Source of the DNA: an uncultured Gemmatimonadales bacterium | Lineage (GTDB): Bacteria; Gemmatimonadota; Gemmatimonadetes; Longimicrobiales; RSA9 | Direction of reading: 5' to 3' | DNA: 64,000 bases | Assembly (NCBI GenBank): GCA_963783305.1 | Contig: CAWAMW010000011.1 | Coordinates: 32,001-96,000 of the forward strand | Shown: piece after piece, positions 37,286-47,465 of the stretch | Layout: every line of letters starts with the position of its first letter | How positions within the stretch are numbered: the first letter of the stretch is position 1 | Translations under genes and position numbers: made by a program | Notes under the pieces: generated by a model | What the model saw: the letters and a program-made list of their open reading frames with translations, nothing else | Databases searched by the model: none | What the model was told of the DNA's origin: nothing

Positions 37286-38550
37286 AGGCGGCGTGCGCGG
37301 TCCGGGCCACCACGCGGGCGGGGCTGCTGCTGTCCACCCTGCTGGTCGGCGCGTGCACCGTGGCCGGCCCGAGGCCCGGCGGCCCGGCACCCGTCGAGGA
37401 GCCGCCCGTCGCGGCGCTCCGGGCGGAGCCCGAGGTCCGGATCGGTCTGAGGGTGGATGTGGCGTCGGTGGAGCTGGGCGGCACCGGCAGGATCGAGGTG
37501 GTGGACGACGCGGGCCGGGTGCGCGCCAGCGGCCCGGGCCCGTGGACCGTTCGGCTGGTCGACGGGGGTCTGGAGCTCCAGAACGGCGGCGAGACGGTCC
37601 GCTCCACGGGCGTCCTCATCGCCCGACCCGCCGGGGGGCAGGTGCGGGTGGATGGGAAGCGGTATCGGGGCGCGATCCTGCTGCGCCGCGGCGCTTCCGG
37701 TGTGACCGCGGCCAACGTACTGGACATGGAGACGTACCTGCTCGGCGTGGTCCCGCACGAGATCGGGGCCGGCCGCCCACCGGAAGAGGTGGAGGCGGTG
37801 AAGGCGCAGGCGATCGCGGCCCGAACCTACGCCGTCCGGCACATGGGCCGCCGCGACGCCCTCGGCTTCGATTTCTACGCCACCGTCCAGGACCAGGTAT
37901 ACGGCGGCGCCGAGTCCGAGGACCCGGTTTCGACCGATGCGGTCCGGGCCACGGCCGGTGAGGTCATCACCTTCGAGGGCGAGCCCATCGAAGCGTATTA
38001 CCACTCCACGTGCGGAGGCCGCACCGCCGCGCTGCACGAGGTGTGGCCGGGATCGCCGCGGCCCTACCTCCAGTCCGTTTCGGACCGCCGCCCCGACGGC
38101 GGGTGGTTCTGCGAGAGCTCCAACCGGTTCCGCTGGACGGAGGAGTGGGACGAGGCCGAGCTGGAGAGCACCCTCACCGCCGCGCTCTCGACCCGCGGGT
38201 GGTCAGGCGCGGTGACGGAAGTCGAGTCCATCGAGGTGACCGAGCGTTCCCCGAGCGGACGCGCCGCACAGCTCCGGCTCCGGACCAACCTCGGTGAGGA
38301 CGTCGTCCCGGGCGACTCGATTCGCTGGCTGCTGCGCCCGGAGCCCAACCGGATCCTGAACAGCACCGCCATAGAGCTCCATACGAGCGGCGACGGGCAC
38401 GTCACGAGGCTCGTGGTGGAGGGCGCCGGGTGGGGCCACGGCATCGGCATGTGCCAGATCGGCGCCCTGGGACGCGCCAGGGCGGGACATTCCTATCGCG
38501 AGATACTCGGGAGCTACTATCCTGGGACCCGAATCGTTCGACTCTATTGA
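37282..38550 (+). CDS. SpoIID/LytB domain lipoprotein (lytic transglycosylase-like)
   Basis: VGAC lipobox; YLLGVVPHE, EAVKAQAIAARTYA, DQVYGG, YHSTCGG and GWGHGIGMCQIGA motifs. Confidence 0.93.
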   Translation: MKAACAVRATTRAGLLLSTLLVGACTVAGPRPGGPAPVEEPPVAALRAEPEVRIGLRVDVASVELGGTGRIEVVDDAGRVRASGPGPWTVRLVDGGLELQNGGETVRSTGVLIARPAGGQVRVDGKRYRGAILLRRGASGVTAANVLDMETYLLGVVPHEIGAGRPPEEVEAVKAQAIAARTYAVRHMGRRDALGFDFYATVQDQVYGGAESEDPVSTDAVRATAGEVITFEGEPIEAYYHSTCGGRTAALHEVWPGSPRPYLQSVSDRRPDGGWFCESSNRFRWTEEWDEAELESTLTAALSTRGWSGAVTEVESIEVTERSPSGRAAQLRLRTNLGEDVVPGDSIRWLLRPEPNRILNSTAIELHTSGDGHVTRLVVEGAGWGHGIGMCQIGALGRARAGHSYREILGSYYPGTRIVRLY

Positions 38551-38558
38551 GGAGCGCC

Positions 38559-39266
38559 ATGCGCCGCAGCCTGCTCGCCCTGGGAATCGCCATACTCGCC
38601 ATCCACGGCGGGGCCTCCATGGCGGCTGCCCAGACCCTCGAGGACTACGACTACGAGTACCTCACCTTTCGCGGGATCGGCCTGGACGTCGGGTATATCT
38701 GGCCCACCAAGGTCGAGCCCGCGCCGCTGTTCGGGATCCGACTCGACCTCGGCTACCTGGGACCTGGCGTGCGCATCATCCCGTCCATCAGCTACTGGCG
38801 CTCCGAATTCAACGATGAGGAACTCGAGGACCTGGCCATCCGCATCAACGAGCGGCAGCCGGGCGTCGACCTGAGTCCCGAGTCCCTCGGGCCCATCGAG
38901 TGGAGCGACCTGTCGCTCTCCATCGATGGTCACTTCGTCTGGAACACGCCCATCCAGCTGCTCACGTTCGTGGGCGCCGGGCTCGGATTCCACGCCCTGA
39001 ACGGCCAGGGCGCCGCCATCGACGACACGATCGTCGAGGACCTGCTCGACGCCATCAGCACCGGCGCCAGCGTCCTGGCCGGCTTCGAGTACGAGCCGAT
39101 CCAGAGGTTCCGCGTGTACGGGGAAGGGCGATACACGGCCATGAACAGCATGCAATATCTGTCCACGCGCGCCGGCGTCCAGCTCATGTTCGGCGGTACC
39201 GATTCCGCTCGAGTGGGTGCCGCCGTGCCGGTGCCCCCCCTCCTCGGCAGGGGAGTGGCACCATGA
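38559..39266 (+). CDS. Putative outer membrane beta-barrel protein
   Basis: GAGGAG RBS, signal peptide ending AAA-Q, alternating amphipathic beta strands. Confidence 0.7.
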   Translation: MRRSLLALGIAILAIHGGASMAAAQTLEDYDYEYLTFRGIGLDVGYIWPTKVEPAPLFGIRLDLGYLGPGVRIIPSISYWRSEFNDEELEDLAIRINERQPGVDLSPESLGPIEWSDLSLSIDGHFVWNTPIQLLTFVGAGLGFHALNGQGAAIDDTIVEDLLDAISTGASVLAGFEYEPIQRFRVYGEGRYTAMNSMQYLSTRAGVQLMFGGTDSARVGAAVPVPPLLGRGVAP

Positions 39267-40270
39267 CCGAGCCCACCCTGAGGATCGGCCTCATCGGCGC
39301 TGGCGCCATCGCGCAGATCGTCCACCTCCCGCTCCTGAAGCAGATGTCCGGCGTGCGGGTCGAGGCCCTCTGCGATGTGCACGACCACAAGGCGCGCGCC
39401 CTCGCCGACCGCCTCGATATCCCCCACGTGTTCCGGAGCCACACCCGGCTGCTCGATTCCGACACCGTGGACGCCGTGGTGATCTGCACGCCCAACCATT
39501 TGCATCACCAGCAGGCCATCGCGGCCCTGAAGGCGGGCAAGCACGTCCTCGTGGAGCGACCCCTCGCCCTGAGCGCCCACGACGCCAGGGCCGTGGTGGC
39601 GGCGGCCGAGAAGGCCGATCGCACGCTCATGGTCGCCTACAACAACCGCTTCCGTCCCGATATCCGCGGTGTGAAGTCCTTCGTCGCGTCCGGTGAGCTG
39701 GGCAAGATCTTCACCATCCACGGTACCTGGTTCAACCGGAAGGTGCGGCCGAAGCGGAAGACCTGGCGCCACGAGCGCGACTCCGGAGGTGGCGCGTTCA
39801 TGGACCTCGGGGTCCAGGTCCTCGATCTCTGTCTGTGGATGCTCGATTACCCCGCGGCCGACCGGGTCTGCGCTCACCTGAATCAGGGCGAGGACATGGA
39901 CGTGGAGGACTCGGCGGCGGTCCTGATCCGCCTCGAGGACGGGACCACCATCTCGGTGCAGGTCACGTGGAGCCTCCTCGGCGACCGCGACCGCCATCAC
40001 GTCCGGCTCCTGGGAACCGCTGGAACGGCTTCCACCGAGCCGCTCAAGGTGATCAAGGAGGCGGAGCACGGAATGCTCAACGTGACGCCGCAGATCACGC
40101 CGGCTCGCGAGAACGCCTACACGGCCTCGTACCGCGAGGAGCTGCGGCAGTTCGTGCAGGCCTCCCTCGGGGCCTCGAAAGTGGAGCTCCCGCGAGAGCA
40201 GGTCGGAGTCATGCGCCTCGTCGAGAGGATCTACCAGTCCGCCGAAAAGGGCGCGGAAGTGCGCGTGTGA
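39263..40270 (+). CDS. Gfo/Idh/MocA family oxidoreductase
   Basis: IGLIGAGAIA Rossmann motif, CTPNHLH, GKHVLVERP, GGGAFMDLG. Confidence 0.92.
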   Translation: MTEPTLRIGLIGAGAIAQIVHLPLLKQMSGVRVEALCDVHDHKARALADRLDIPHVFRSHTRLLDSDTVDAVVICTPNHLHHQQAIAALKAGKHVLVERPLALSAHDARAVVAAAEKADRTLMVAYNNRFRPDIRGVKSFVASGELGKIFTIHGTWFNRKVRPKRKTWRHERDSGGGAFMDLGVQVLDLCLWMLDYPAADRVCAHLNQGEDMDVEDSAAVLIRLEDGTTISVQVTWSLLGDRDRHHVRLLGTAGTASTEPLKVIKEAEHGMLNVTPQITPARENAYTASYREELRQFVQASLGASKVELPREQVGVMRLVERIYQSAEKGAEVRV

Positions 40271-41859
40271 CCGCAGCGCCGGGAGCGCGCGACCACGCGC
40301 TGCCCGTCCTGTCCGGGGTCCTCCTGGCCTCGTCGTTTCCCCCCGCGCCCCTCGCGCCTCTGGTATTCCTGGGCCTCGTGCCCCTGCTCCTCTTCATCGC
40401 CGACCGCCCGTCCGACGAGCGCGGCCGGTGGCAGGCGACCCGCGGCGGCGCGCTCACCGGCGTGGTCTATTTCGGCCTCCAGCTGTACTGGATGGCTGTC
40501 GCGCTCCTGCGGTACTCGCTCCTGGCCATCCCCGCCTACCTCGGGGCCGTGCTGGTCCTGGCGCTCCTGACCGCCGCCTTCGCGTGGGCCGTCCACCTCG
40601 TCCTCGACCGCTTTCGCCTCCCGATCCCCGCGGCGGCCGCCGTCTTCTGGACCGCCCTCGAATGGGTGCAGGCGCATCTCGGCGACCTCGCGTTCCCCTG
40701 GCTCGGACTCGGCACCGCTCTGGCTCCAATCCCGACCCTGGCCGGCGCGGCCGACCTCGTCGGCGCTCGCGGCCTCACCTTCTGGATCGCAGCGGTGAAC
40801 GGACTCATCGCTGTCGCAATCCTCCGGCACCGCGACCGGCGCCGGCTCGCACCCGCCCTCGCTCTCATTCTCGCCACCCTCGCCCTGCCCGCGGCCTACG
40901 GCATTGCTCGCGGCGCCACACTCTCCATGCGACCCGCCGCCCGCGTGGCCCTGGTCCAGCCGAATATCCCCGAAGAGGTCAAGCTGGGACCCGCCGGCGT
41001 AGACTCGTCGCTCACAGCCCTCACTGCACTCACCCTGTCGCTCCAGCACGAGGCGCTCGACCTTGTGGCCTGGCCGGAAGTGGCGCTCCCCGCCGATCTG
41101 CTCGCGGACGAGCGACGGCTGGAGGCGGTCCGGGACCTCGCCGCCCGCACAGGCGCCCCCATCCTCGTGGGCGCCTACGGAACGGGGGCGGGAGCCGCGT
41201 CGGCCCGGGGCGGTCGCTTCAACTCCGCGTTCCTCGTCCGAGCGGGTGAGGCCAGGATCGACCGTTACGACAAACAGCGGCTCGTCCCCTTCATAGAGCG
41301 CGTCCCGTTCTTCGGGCCCCGCACCCCCAGCGCCGGCGGCGAGGAGCCGGGGCGGCCACGCATGGGCGCCCTCCGCCGCGGGAGCGGCCGGCCTCTCATG
41401 GCCGCTGGCACCGCCCAGCTCGGGGTCCTCATCTGCTATGAATCCATCTTCGCCGACCTGGCCCGCGCGGACAGACGGGCGGGAGCCGACTTCCTCGTGA
41501 ACATCACCAACGACGCCTGGTACGGTCGGGACACTCCCGGGGGTCGGACCACGGCGCTCTGGCAGCACCCCGCGCACCTCGTTCTGCGCGCCATCGAAAC
41601 CCGCACTGGCATCGCCCGCGCGGCCAACACCGGTATCTCCCTCTTCATCGACCCGCTCGGCCGGCGCCATGGCGAGACGCGGCTCTTCGAAGCCACCACC
41701 AGCGTGGGCACCGTCCTCACCACCGACACCACCACCCTCTTCGTTCGCTGGGGCGACTGGGTCGGTGGGGGCGCGTCCGCTCTCGCACTCTTCACGCTCG
41801 TGTCGGCGCTCCTGGGGCCGGCGTGGCCGTTCCCCCCCAGGAGACCTCCGGGAGGTTGA
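40267..41859 (+). CDS. lnt: Apolipoprotein N-acyltransferase
   Basis: FPWLGLG, VQPNIP, WPE, YDKQRLVPF, ICYES, NITNDAWYG, RAIETR and RAANTGIS motifs. Confidence 0.96.
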   Translation: MTAAPGARDHALPVLSGVLLASSFPPAPLAPLVFLGLVPLLLFIADRPSDERGRWQATRGGALTGVVYFGLQLYWMAVALLRYSLLAIPAYLGAVLVLALLTAAFAWAVHLVLDRFRLPIPAAAAVFWTALEWVQAHLGDLAFPWLGLGTALAPIPTLAGAADLVGARGLTFWIAAVNGLIAVAILRHRDRRRLAPALALILATLALPAAYGIARGATLSMRPAARVALVQPNIPEEVKLGPAGVDSSLTALTALTLSLQHEALDLVAWPEVALPADLLADERRLEAVRDLAARTGAPILVGAYGTGAGAASARGGRFNSAFLVRAGEARIDRYDKQRLVPFIERVPFFGPRTPSAGGEEPGRPRMGALRRGSGRPLMAAGTAQLGVLICYESIFADLARADRRAGADFLVNITNDAWYGRDTPGGRTTALWQHPAHLVLRAIETRTGIARAANTGISLFIDPLGRRHGETRLFEATTSVGTVLTTDTTTLFVRWGDWVGGGASALALFTLVSALLGPAWPFPPRRPPGG

Positions 41860-41884
41860 TCGTGCGGGCCGGTTACGATATACT
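41856..41884 (+). promoter_or_regulatory. Sigma70-type promoter for rpmE
   Basis: TTGATC-17 nt-TATACT. Confidence 0.7.
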
Positions 41885-41922
41885 TACTGGCTGACGAACA
41901 ACCGAACGAAACGGAAACGACG

Positions 41923-42324
41923 ATGAAGCAGGGCATCCACCCCGATTACGAGCTGGCCACCGTCCACTGCGCGTGTGGCAACACGTTCCAGACGCGGAGC
42001 ACCCGGGACGACATCCACCTGGACGTCTGCAGCGTCTGCCATCCGTACTTCACGGGCAAGCAGCGCCTGATGGACACCGCCGGTCGCGTGGAGCGGTTCC
42101 GCCGGAAGTGGTCAAAGCCGGACGCGTCGAAGGGCTCTGAGGCGCCTGCGGCCGAAGAGTCGGCGGCGGAGGAAGCGACTGCCGCGGCGAAGCCGGCCAA
42201 GCCGTCGGGCAAGAAGGCGAAGCAGGCGGCCGCCGCCACGGCCACGGCCGAAGCGGGCGCGGACACGCAGCCGACGGAGACGGTCGAAGCCGGGTCGTCG
42301 GATGAAGCAGAAGAAGAGTCCTGA
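41923..42324 (+). CDS. rpmE: 50S ribosomal protein L31 (Zn-binding type) with a low-complexity C-terminal tail
   Basis: [23 protein letters not shown] and GRVERF motifs. Confidence 0.97.
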   Translation: MKQGIHPDYELATVHCACGNTFQTRSTRDDIHLDVCSVCHPYFTGKQRLMDTAGRVERFRRKWSKPDASKGSEAPAAEESAAEEATAAAKPAKPSGKKAKQAAAATATAEAGADTQPTETVEAGSSDEAEEES

Positions 42325-42348
42325 GCCGTTGCGCGGGACGACTGAACG

Positions 42349-42375
42349 AGAGCCGGGCGCGTCCCGGCTCTTTTC
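42349..42375 (+). terminator. Intrinsic terminator/attenuator between rpmE and prfA
   Basis: gagccggg-cgcgt-cccggctc followed by tttt. Confidence 0.65.
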
Positions 42376-42385
42376 ATAGGGTACC

Positions 42386-43461
<1,076 letters not shown>

Positions 43462-43465
<4 letters not shown>

Positions 43466-44334
43466 GCGGGCCCCGTCGCCCGCTCGAGCTCACCCGCCTT
43501 GCCGCCGAGCACCTCGCGGCGAAAGGCGTGGACGACGCCCGTCTCGACGCGGAGCTTCTCCTGGCCCACGTCCTCGGCCTCAAGCGCCTCGACCTCTATC
43601 TCCAGTTCGAGCGGCCGCTCGAGCCGCAGGAGATCGAAGCCTATCGCGAGGCGATCCGCCGCCGTGGCGCACGGGAGCCGCTCCAGTACATCGTGGGCGA
43701 GACCGATTTCCGCGACCTCACCCTGGCCGTGGACCCCCGGGTGCTGATCCCGCGCCCCGAGACCGAGCTCCTGGTCGGGCAGGTCCTCGACTGGGCGGCG
43801 GAGCGGGGACTCAGCGACGGCGCCGCCCTCGACCTGGGCACCGGCTCCGGCGCCATTGCACTCAGCCTCCTCGCCGAGGGCCCCTTCGGCAAGGTGGTCG
43901 CCACAGACGCGTCCGCCGATGCCCTCGCGGTGGCGGCGTCCAACGCCGAGAGGGCGGGCTCACCTCCGGGGCTGGAGCTTCGTCACGGCTCTCTCTTCGA
44001 CTGCGTTGGCGGGGGCGAGGAGTTCGACGTTATTGTAACCAATCCGCCGTACGTCTCGGAGACGGAGCGGGACACGCTCATGCCCGAAGTCCGGGACCAT
44101 GAGCCGGCGTCGGCCTTGTTCGCTGGCGCCGATGGGCTGACGTTGATCCGGGGCATCGCGGCGGACGCGCCCGCGCATATGACCGCCGGCGGCCTGCTCG
44201 CGCTGGAGGTGGGACTCGGACAGGCCGGCACGGTGGCTACCCTGCTGCGGGAGAGCGGATACCGCGAGCCGAGGGTCGTACGCGACCTGGCGGGTCGGGA
44301 GCGGATGGTGCTCGCGACGCGCGATCGAGAATAG
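43462..44334 (+). CDS. prmC: Release factor glutamine methyltransferase
   Basis: [27 protein letters not shown] and NPPY motifs. Confidence 0.98.
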
Positions 44335-44350
44335 ACCGGGAAGGGACATC

Positions 44351-44713
44351 ATGAACGAGGCAATGCTGGAGAAGGCGAAGGACGTGGGCCGGCTCATGGG
44401 CCAGACCAGCGAGTACAAGGCGCTGCAGCGGGCACGCGAGGCGTTGAACGAGGACCGGGAGACCGTGGAGTTGGTGAACCGTCTCGCGCAGCTGGAGCGC
44501 GACCTCCAGGGTCAGCTCCAGCAGGGGCAGCAGCCTTCGGAGGAGCAGCAGAAGGAGTACGAGGAGACCTTCTCGGAGCTCCAGTCCGGCTCCCGCTACC
44601 AGGCGCTCGTCGCCGCGCAGTCCAACTTCGACAAGGTCCTTCAGCGCGTGAACGAGAAGATCGGCGAGGGGATCGAGGCCGGGGCCAAGTCCAGCATCAT
44701 CATGCCGTCATAG
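44351..44713 (+). CDS. YlbF/YmcA-family (Com_YlbF) helical regulator-like protein
   Basis: 120 aa all-helical, A..VG..M....EYKAL..A...L..D pattern, Gln-rich centre; family recognised from memory. Confidence 0.7.
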   Translation: MNEAMLEKAKDVGRLMGQTSEYKALQRAREALNEDRETVELVNRLAQLERDLQGQLQQGQQPSEEQQKEYEETFSELQSGSRYQALVAAQSNFDKVLQRVNEKIGEGIEAGAKSSIIMPS

Positions 44714-44720
44714 AAGGCCC

Positions 44721-45386
44721 ATGAAACTCGAATCGCTGAGGAACGGCGTGTACCGGATCCTGGATCCGCTGACGGCCTGGCTGTCGGATCATCGGGTTCA
44801 TCCGAACCTGTTGACCACGCTTGGGTTCCTGGTGACCATTGCTTCGGCGTTCGCGTTCCATCAGCACGCGGTTCGGACCGCGGGCTTCCTGGTCCTGCTG
44901 GGCGGCTTCTTCGACATCCTGGACGGGCGCGTCGCGAGGCTCACGGGCCTTGGCAGCAAGTTCGGCGCGTTCTACGACTCCACGCTGGACCGGATCAGCG
45001 AGATCGCCGTGTACTTCGGAATCCTCTCGCTGTACAACGACTATCGGCTGCAGCTGGGCGATGTCGGCATGATCTACCTGATCATGCTCGCCATGGCCGG
45101 CTCGCTGATGGTAAGCTACACCCGCGCCCGTGCGGAGGCGCTCGGCCTGGACTGCCGGGTGGGCCTCATGCCGCGGGCGGAGCGCGTGGTGCTCATTGGC
45201 GCCGCGTCGCTCTTCTTCGGGCTGGCGTGGAGCGGTCTCGTCCTCAAGGGCGTCATCGTGCTGCTCGCCGTGCTCACCAATGTCACCGCTTTCCAGCGCA
45301 TCGTCTGGGTGTATCAGAACGCCGCGGGCGTGCCGCTGGAGGACACTTCTTCTGAAACGGACCAAAGAGCGACCATTGAGCAATAA
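44721..45386 (+). CDS. CDP-alcohol phosphatidyltransferase, probable phosphatidylinositol-phosphate synthase
   Basis: PNLLT, signature DILDGRVAR-x8-GAFYDSTLD, SYTRARAE and RAER; overlaps ino1. Confidence 0.88.
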   Translation: MKLESLRNGVYRILDPLTAWLSDHRVHPNLLTTLGFLVTIASAFAFHQHAVRTAGFLVLLGGFFDILDGRVARLTGLGSKFGAFYDSTLDRISEIAVYFGILSLYNDYRLQLGDVGMIYLIMLAMAGSLMVSYTRARAEALGLDCRVGLMPRAERVVLIGAASLFFGLAWSGLVLKGVIVLLAVLTNVTAFQRIVWVYQNAAGVPLEDTSSETDQRATIEQ

Positions 45387-46695
45387 CCACACGATCCGAC
45401 CGGCCGACGGCAAGCTCGGCGTCCTGCTCCCCGGACTGGGCGCTGTCGCCACCACGTTCATCGCGGGCGTCGAGGCGGTCCGTCGGGGCCACGCGCGCCC
45501 CATCGGCTCCGTGACGCAGATGCAGACGATCCGGCTCGGGAAGCGCACGGAGGAGCGGACGCCGCTGATCCGGGACTTCGTGCCGCTGTCGGAGCTGGAC
45601 CAACTGGTCTTCGGCGCCTGGGACCCGATCCCGGACGATGCGTACGAGAGCGCGAAGAAGGCCCGCGTCCTGGAGGACCGGGACATCGAGCAGGTGGGCG
45701 ATTTCCTGAAGACCATCAAGCCCATGCCGGCCGTCTTCGACCACGAGTACGTGAAGCGGCTCGACGGCCCCAACGTGAAGAAGGGCGCCAACAAGCTGGA
45801 GCTGGGCGAGCAGGTCCGTCAGGACATCCGCCGCTTCAAGGAGGAGCACGGCTGCGAACGCCTTGTCATGATCTGGTGCGGCTCCACGGAGATCTTCCTG
45901 GAGAAGGGGCCTCAGCACGACACCCTCGAGGCGTTCGAGGAGGCCATGCGGAACAACGAGCGCGCCATCGCGCCCTCCATGGTCTACGCATGGGCGGCGC
46001 TCAAGGAAGGCGTGCCCTACGCCAACGGGGCGCCGAATCTGAGCGCGGATTTCCCGGCGCTCCGGGAGCTGGCGGACCGGGAGGGGATCCCCATCGCCGG
46101 GAAGGACTTCAAGACCGGCCAGACGCTCATCAAGACGATCCTGGCGCCGGGGCTCAAGGCCCGCATGCTGGGCCTCGCCGGCTGGTTCAGCACGAACATC
46201 CTGGGGAACCGGGACGGTGAGGTCCTGGACGATCCGGAGAGCTTCAAGACCAAGGAGGAGAGCAAGCTGAGCGTGCTCGAGCACATCCTCCAGCCGGAGC
46301 TCTACCCGGACCTCTACAAGGACATGTACCACAAGGTCCGCATCAACTATTACCCCCCGCGCGGCGACAACAAGGAGGGGTGGGACAACCTGGACATCTT
46401 CGGGTGGATGGACTACCCGATGCAGATCAAGATCGACTTCCTCTGCAGGGACTCCATCCTGGCCGCGCCCATCGTGCTCGATCTCGCCCTGTTCATGGAC
46501 CTGGCCGCACGCTCAGGTATGGGCGGGATCCAGGAGTGGCTGTCCTTCTACTTCAAGAGTCCCATGGTGGCGCCGGGCCTGTACCCGGAGCACGACCTCT
46601 TCATCCAGCACATGAAGCTCAAGAACACGCTCCGTCACCTCATGGGCGAGGAGCAGATCACGCATCTGGGCCTTGAGTACTACGGGGAGGAGTAG
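45376..46695 (+). CDS. ino1: myo-Inositol-1-phosphate synthase
   Basis: GLGAVATT, GSTE, NGAPN, GKDFKTGQT, STNILGNRDG, GDNKEGWD and RDSILAAP motifs; TTG start 45376 inferred. Confidence 0.96.
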   Translation: MSNNHTIRPADGKLGVLLPGLGAVATTFIAGVEAVRRGHARPIGSVTQMQTIRLGKRTEERTPLIRDFVPLSELDQLVFGAWDPIPDDAYESAKKARVLEDRDIEQVGDFLKTIKPMPAVFDHEYVKRLDGPNVKKGANKLELGEQVRQDIRRFKEEHGCERLVMIWCGSTEIFLEKGPQHDTLEAFEEAMRNNERAIAPSMVYAWAALKEGVPYANGAPNLSADFPALRELADREGIPIAGKDFKTGQTLIKTILAPGLKARMLGLAGWFSTNILGNRDGEVLDDPESFKTKEESKLSVLEHILQPELYPDLYKDMYHKVRINYYPPRGDNKEGWDNLDIFGWMDYPMQIKIDFLCRDSILAAPIVLDLALFMDLAARSGMGGIQEWLSFYFKSPMVAPGLYPEHDLFIQHMKLKNTLRHLMGEEQITHLGLEYYGEE

Positions 46696-46699
46696 GGAC

Positions 46700-46772
46700 G
46701 CTCGCGCTCCGCGCTCGCTGTGGGGACGTCTCGCTGGCGCTCGGCGGCTCGGGCGCTCGCTTCCGCGCTCCC
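46700..46772 (-). repeat. Relic units of the GA-flanked mini-hairpin repeat family
   Basis: Minus strand reads GC-GA-GCGC-GGA-GCGC-GA-GC (46700-46718) and C-GA-GC-GCCA-GC-GA-G (46730-46743). Confidence 0.65.
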
Positions 46773-46791
46773 TGTTGGGTGAGGTGAGAGG

Positions 46792-47430
46792 GTGAGGGGG
46801 ATCTTCGTCGCGTTCGAGGGGCCGGAGGGGGCGGGGAAGAGCACGCAGGTGAGGCGGCTGGAGGCGTGGCTGCGTGGCGCCGGGCAGGAGCCGTTGCTGA
46901 CGCGGGAGCCCGGGGGCACGGCGGTGGCCGAGGATGTGCGCCGGATCCTGCTGGAGTCGGATTCGCTCTCGCCCCGGACGGAGCTTCTGCTCATGCTGGC
47001 GTCCCGTGCTACGCTGGTGGAGACGGTCATCCGTCCGGCGCTCGCGGGAGGTCGGATCGTAGTGACCGACCGGTTCCATCTCTCGACGCTGGCGTACCAG
47101 GGTCACGGCCGGGGTCTGCCGCTTGCGGAGGTGGCGGCGATGAACCGATTCGCCACCGGCGGGCTGGAGCCTGACCTCACGATCCTGCTGGATGTGGCGC
47201 CCGACGTGGGCGCGTCGCGGAAGGCGGCGGCGGGGCAGGGGCCGGACCGGATCGAGCGGGCGGGTGAGGAGTTCCACCGGGCGGTGGCCGAGGCATACCG
47301 ATTGCTCGCTCGGGATGACGAGCGGATCGAGAGGGTGGACGCGGGCGGTTCCCCGGAAGAGGTGCATGCGGCGGTCGTGGGTCTGCTGAGGGAGCGGTTC
47401 CCAGAAACCTTCGGCACGATTCCGGGTTAG
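46792..47430 (+). CDS. tmk: Thymidylate kinase
   Basis: FEGPEGAGKSTQ, TREPGGT, DRF..STLAYQG and PDLTILLD motifs. Confidence 0.97.
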   Translation: MRGIFVAFEGPEGAGKSTQVRRLEAWLRGAGQEPLLTREPGGTAVAEDVRRILLESDSLSPRTELLLMLASRATLVETVIRPALAGGRIVVTDRFHLSTLAYQGHGRGLPLAEVAAMNRFATGGLEPDLTILLDVAPDVGASRKAAAGQGPDRIERAGEEFHRAVAEAYRLLARDDERIERVDAGGSPEEVHAAVVGLLRERFPETFGTIPG

Positions 47431-47465
47431 AGTAGCCCGGAGGCCGACAATCGGATGGAGGCGGG

